Positions 61,478-64,000 of a DNA stretch of 64,000 nucleotides are shown one piece after another. Location of the stretch: assembly GCA_950097015.1 (NCBI GenBank), contig CATNEN010000003.1, forward strand, positions 930,001 through 994,000. The letters are read 5' to 3'. The DNA is from Macrostomum hystrix. Taxonomy: Eukaryota > Animalia > Platyhelminthes. The translations under genes and the position numbers were made by a program. Every line of letters starts with the position of its first letter. Position 1 is the stretch's first letter. The notes beneath the pieces are model-generated. The model was given only the letters and a program-made list of their open reading frames with translations, made no database searches and was not told where the DNA came from.

Positions 61478-61672
61478 TCCCTCCCTCCTCACTCCGTCTC
61501 CCTCTCTACCTCCGTCTCCCTCTCTACCTCCTTCTCCCTCTCTACCTCCGTCTCCCTCTCTAACTCCGTCTCCCTCTCTACCTCCGTCTCCCTCTCTACC
61601 TCCATCTCCCTCTCTACCTCCATCTCCCTCTCTACCTCCATCCTCACCTCCATCTCCCTCTCACCTCCGTCT
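61478..61672. repeat. 18-bp polypyrimidine repeat
   Basis: Unit ctccgtctccctctctac. Confidence 0.9.
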
Positions 61673-62199
61673 CTTTGACTCTTTGACAGACAACAACTAC
61701 ATACACCCGCGTCGTTGTCTAGGCAACAGTTCTGCATGGGCGACTTAAGTCGGCACTGTATATTTCTGCAGTAGCAATTAACTACACAATTAGGACACTA
61801 TATTCTATGCATAATTTTTTTGCTGTTCCACTCACAGAATCTTGCAAGATTCAAGACAGAATTCAGCTATAATTGGCGGCTTTAAAAAAGGCTTCGATTT
61901 TTTGTTTCAGATAGCTTTTAGTTTTAGAAAGCACGCTATGCATAAAAACTGCACTTTTTTAATCCGGTAGTTACTAAGGATGCAGACGCATGTAAAACTA
62001 AAATGTAACGACGCATTTGTGAATACGGCTCGGGGTTCATGAAAATGTTTCTTCATGTATGTAAAACCTGACTTCAGTATGTTCTGTAGATTACAAGACA
62101 TCGCTTACTGCATGAGTACAGTGAATACAACAAAAAGTTGTCAGATGGTAATTGTCAAAGCGCGCAATTGCAGAGTTCGCATTGTTGTCGGTTCACGAG

Positions 62200-63140
62200 G
62201 GTCGAAGATGCCGGCGTCCGACAGAAGCAGGTCGACGTAGCGCACGACACGCCGCCGCGCTCCCCATTAGGGAAGCAGAGCAGCACATCTTGCAGGGGCT
62301 CTGGGCAGCGCTTCTTGAATGACGCTGCGTGCGCGGCGTCCAGCTGCCACTTCTAAGAGCCGGTCACGTGTGGGCGTTGCGTGGTCTCCATCACGGCTTG
62401 TTACAACCGTCCCCTCAGCCAGTCTGGAAGCGCGGAGCACTGCAGGACTGTTCGCAGGGAGCGGAAAGCTTCCAGGTCAGTGCTCTGCGCCGTGCGATGT
62501 CGTCCTACATGCTTGGAACCAGGCCGGCCTAGGTAGACAAACACCGTGCAGTGAGGCAGCAGCGCCAACCTGCCCCGCTCGAGTCACGCCAGCGGATCTC
62601 AGCCGGTAGGTCCGTCGGCACCTTCAGCACCATCGTTTTCTGGGCGTTCACACACAGCTCGATCACAGCTGCCGCGGCCATTCAGCTTGTCCAGCAGGCG
62701 TCGGGCTCCTTCAGCAGAGCTTGACAGCGACACCTGGTAATCCGCGTACGCCAGCAGTACGGAGAGTCGCTTCTCGGGGATGTCGCATGCTCGTTCTGTG
62801 GCTGATCAGAAAGCCAATATGCATCGGAGTCATCAGGACGACTGACGCGCAGACAGTCCGTCTGGAGTTATAACTGCCGCCCTGCACGGTCTCCTGGTCC
62901 AGGGCCATCACAGCCCCTGCTGCTCTGGCACGTGGTATTCGCGAAGAGTGGTCGCAATGACTCGCCTCGGCACTGAATCAAACGCCTTCAAGAAATATAC
63001 GAAGATGCAGACGACGATCCATTGGTGGAAGCGAGCCTGTTCTAAGATGCGGCGCGACGCGAGAATTTGTGTTATTGTACCCCTGCACGGCCGGACACAG
63101 TTCCACTCTCGACGAAGGAAAGGGTCCAGCACTGGCTGCA
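62200..63140 (-). mobile_element. Older, degenerate RTE LINE fragment of the same type
   Basis: LDPFLRREWN...TQILASRRILEQAR...FLKAFDSVPR aligns with the 46116-46778 RT region; many frameshifts. Confidence 0.8.
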
Positions 63141-63392
63141 GCCATATTCATTATAGTGAATGCAAGACTTCTCAGTTGCGAATGTCCGTGCAAGTTTTCC
63201 ATGCATCAATTTTATTACTTGTTCACTCATGATTAGGTCGCTTCTTTCTCAGAAAAGTGCAGAAGTTAACGTCTGTGAGCTAATTAAACTATACTAAACG
63301 TATTTGAATTCTAGTGTACTACTACTCTTCATGATTCTTAGTCAGTTTCCAACACCCTTAGTTATTCAAAGCAGGCTATAACATTCAAAATG

Positions 63393-63844
63393 TCACTCAA
63401 CCAGAATCATCATCCGGATGCTTTTGAGTGAGATAAAATAATTGTCGATCGTGTGCCAGACGATGTACTGGTGACTGTTGATCTCGCTGTTGACAAACAG
63501 TCCGTTTGGATTAGCATGGAAACAAGCTCTGTACCACCAGCCAGAGCTACTCCCATAGTTGATGGAGCAGGAGCCTGCCAATTGGTCATTGTCCCGGTCC
63601 AGGGTGGAGAACATCATTCCCAGACTGCGCTCTGCCAGGGCGTCTCCAGAAATGTTTGACCTCTCGATGGCATAGCGGCTATAGTTCAGCACATAGTTAC
63701 TAGCCGGGTTGCCCACCTTGAAGCCATCGTACTCGCAGTGGTACTCAGATCCATTCCATTTGGTCATCTCAAAGCGAACGACAGCACCTGCGCCGTTGTT
63801 TCCCGAGTTTCCCGAGGACGTGAGGGTGTGCAGCACTTTGAGGC
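63393..63844 (-). CDS. Last exon of a fibrinogen-related domain (FReD) protein; 5' part lies beyond the window
   Basis: YDGFKVG...NYVL, GDAL, GMMFSTLDRDND, CS...SGWWYRACFHANPNG, W...SLKSIRMMI. Acceptor gttcgctgcag. Confidence 0.9.
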
Positions 63845-64000
63845 CTGCAGCGAACAAGTTTAAAAATTTTTTAGAACTACTTGAACAACGACTTGCATGC
63901 AGATTGAAGACAACTTAAATTCAATAAGTTAAGAGATAAAAACGGTATTTTTAACGCTTTAACCCTATCAAACCCGAAGGTACGCATAGCTTCATGGCTC

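Overview
Eukaryotic (animal) genomic DNA with spliced genes, Q/A/P-rich low-complexity proteins, introns packed with private minisatellites, SINEs, LINE fragments and MITEs. The style suggests a free-living flatworm such as Macrostomum; this is inference and was not confirmed by a search. Genes reconstructed by hand from splice sites and motifs: an RGS12/loco-type gene (PDZ-PTB-RGS-RBD-GoLoco, minus, runs off the left end); PAS kinase (minus); TAF8 (plus); a CaRF/ALS2CR8-domain transcription factor with an AT-hook (plus); an ATG-less 86-codon exon and an intronless 544-aa ORF that share a ~34-aa motif; a small 82-aa ORF; a type I PIP5K with an antisense RTE LINE in intron 1; a solitary stem-loop histone H2A; an orphan 5-exon coiled-coil gene (minus); and the last exon of a fibrinogen-related-domain gene. 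Mobile DNA includes a fossil MULE transposase beside two MULE-type MITEs with perfect 9-bp TSDs, two hAT-type MITEs, three TTAA-flanked MITEs (one carrying a nested LINE), two SINE families and two RTE fragments. The main leads are: (1) 13 of 22 inferred introns are filled by their own minisatellite, with periods clustering near multiples of ~10 bp; (2) a candidate microprotein whose initiator Met could come from a spliced leader, next to a long paralog; (3) sharply bounded CpG-depleted domains around a putative bidirectional promoter. All exon boundaries and counts are manual readings.
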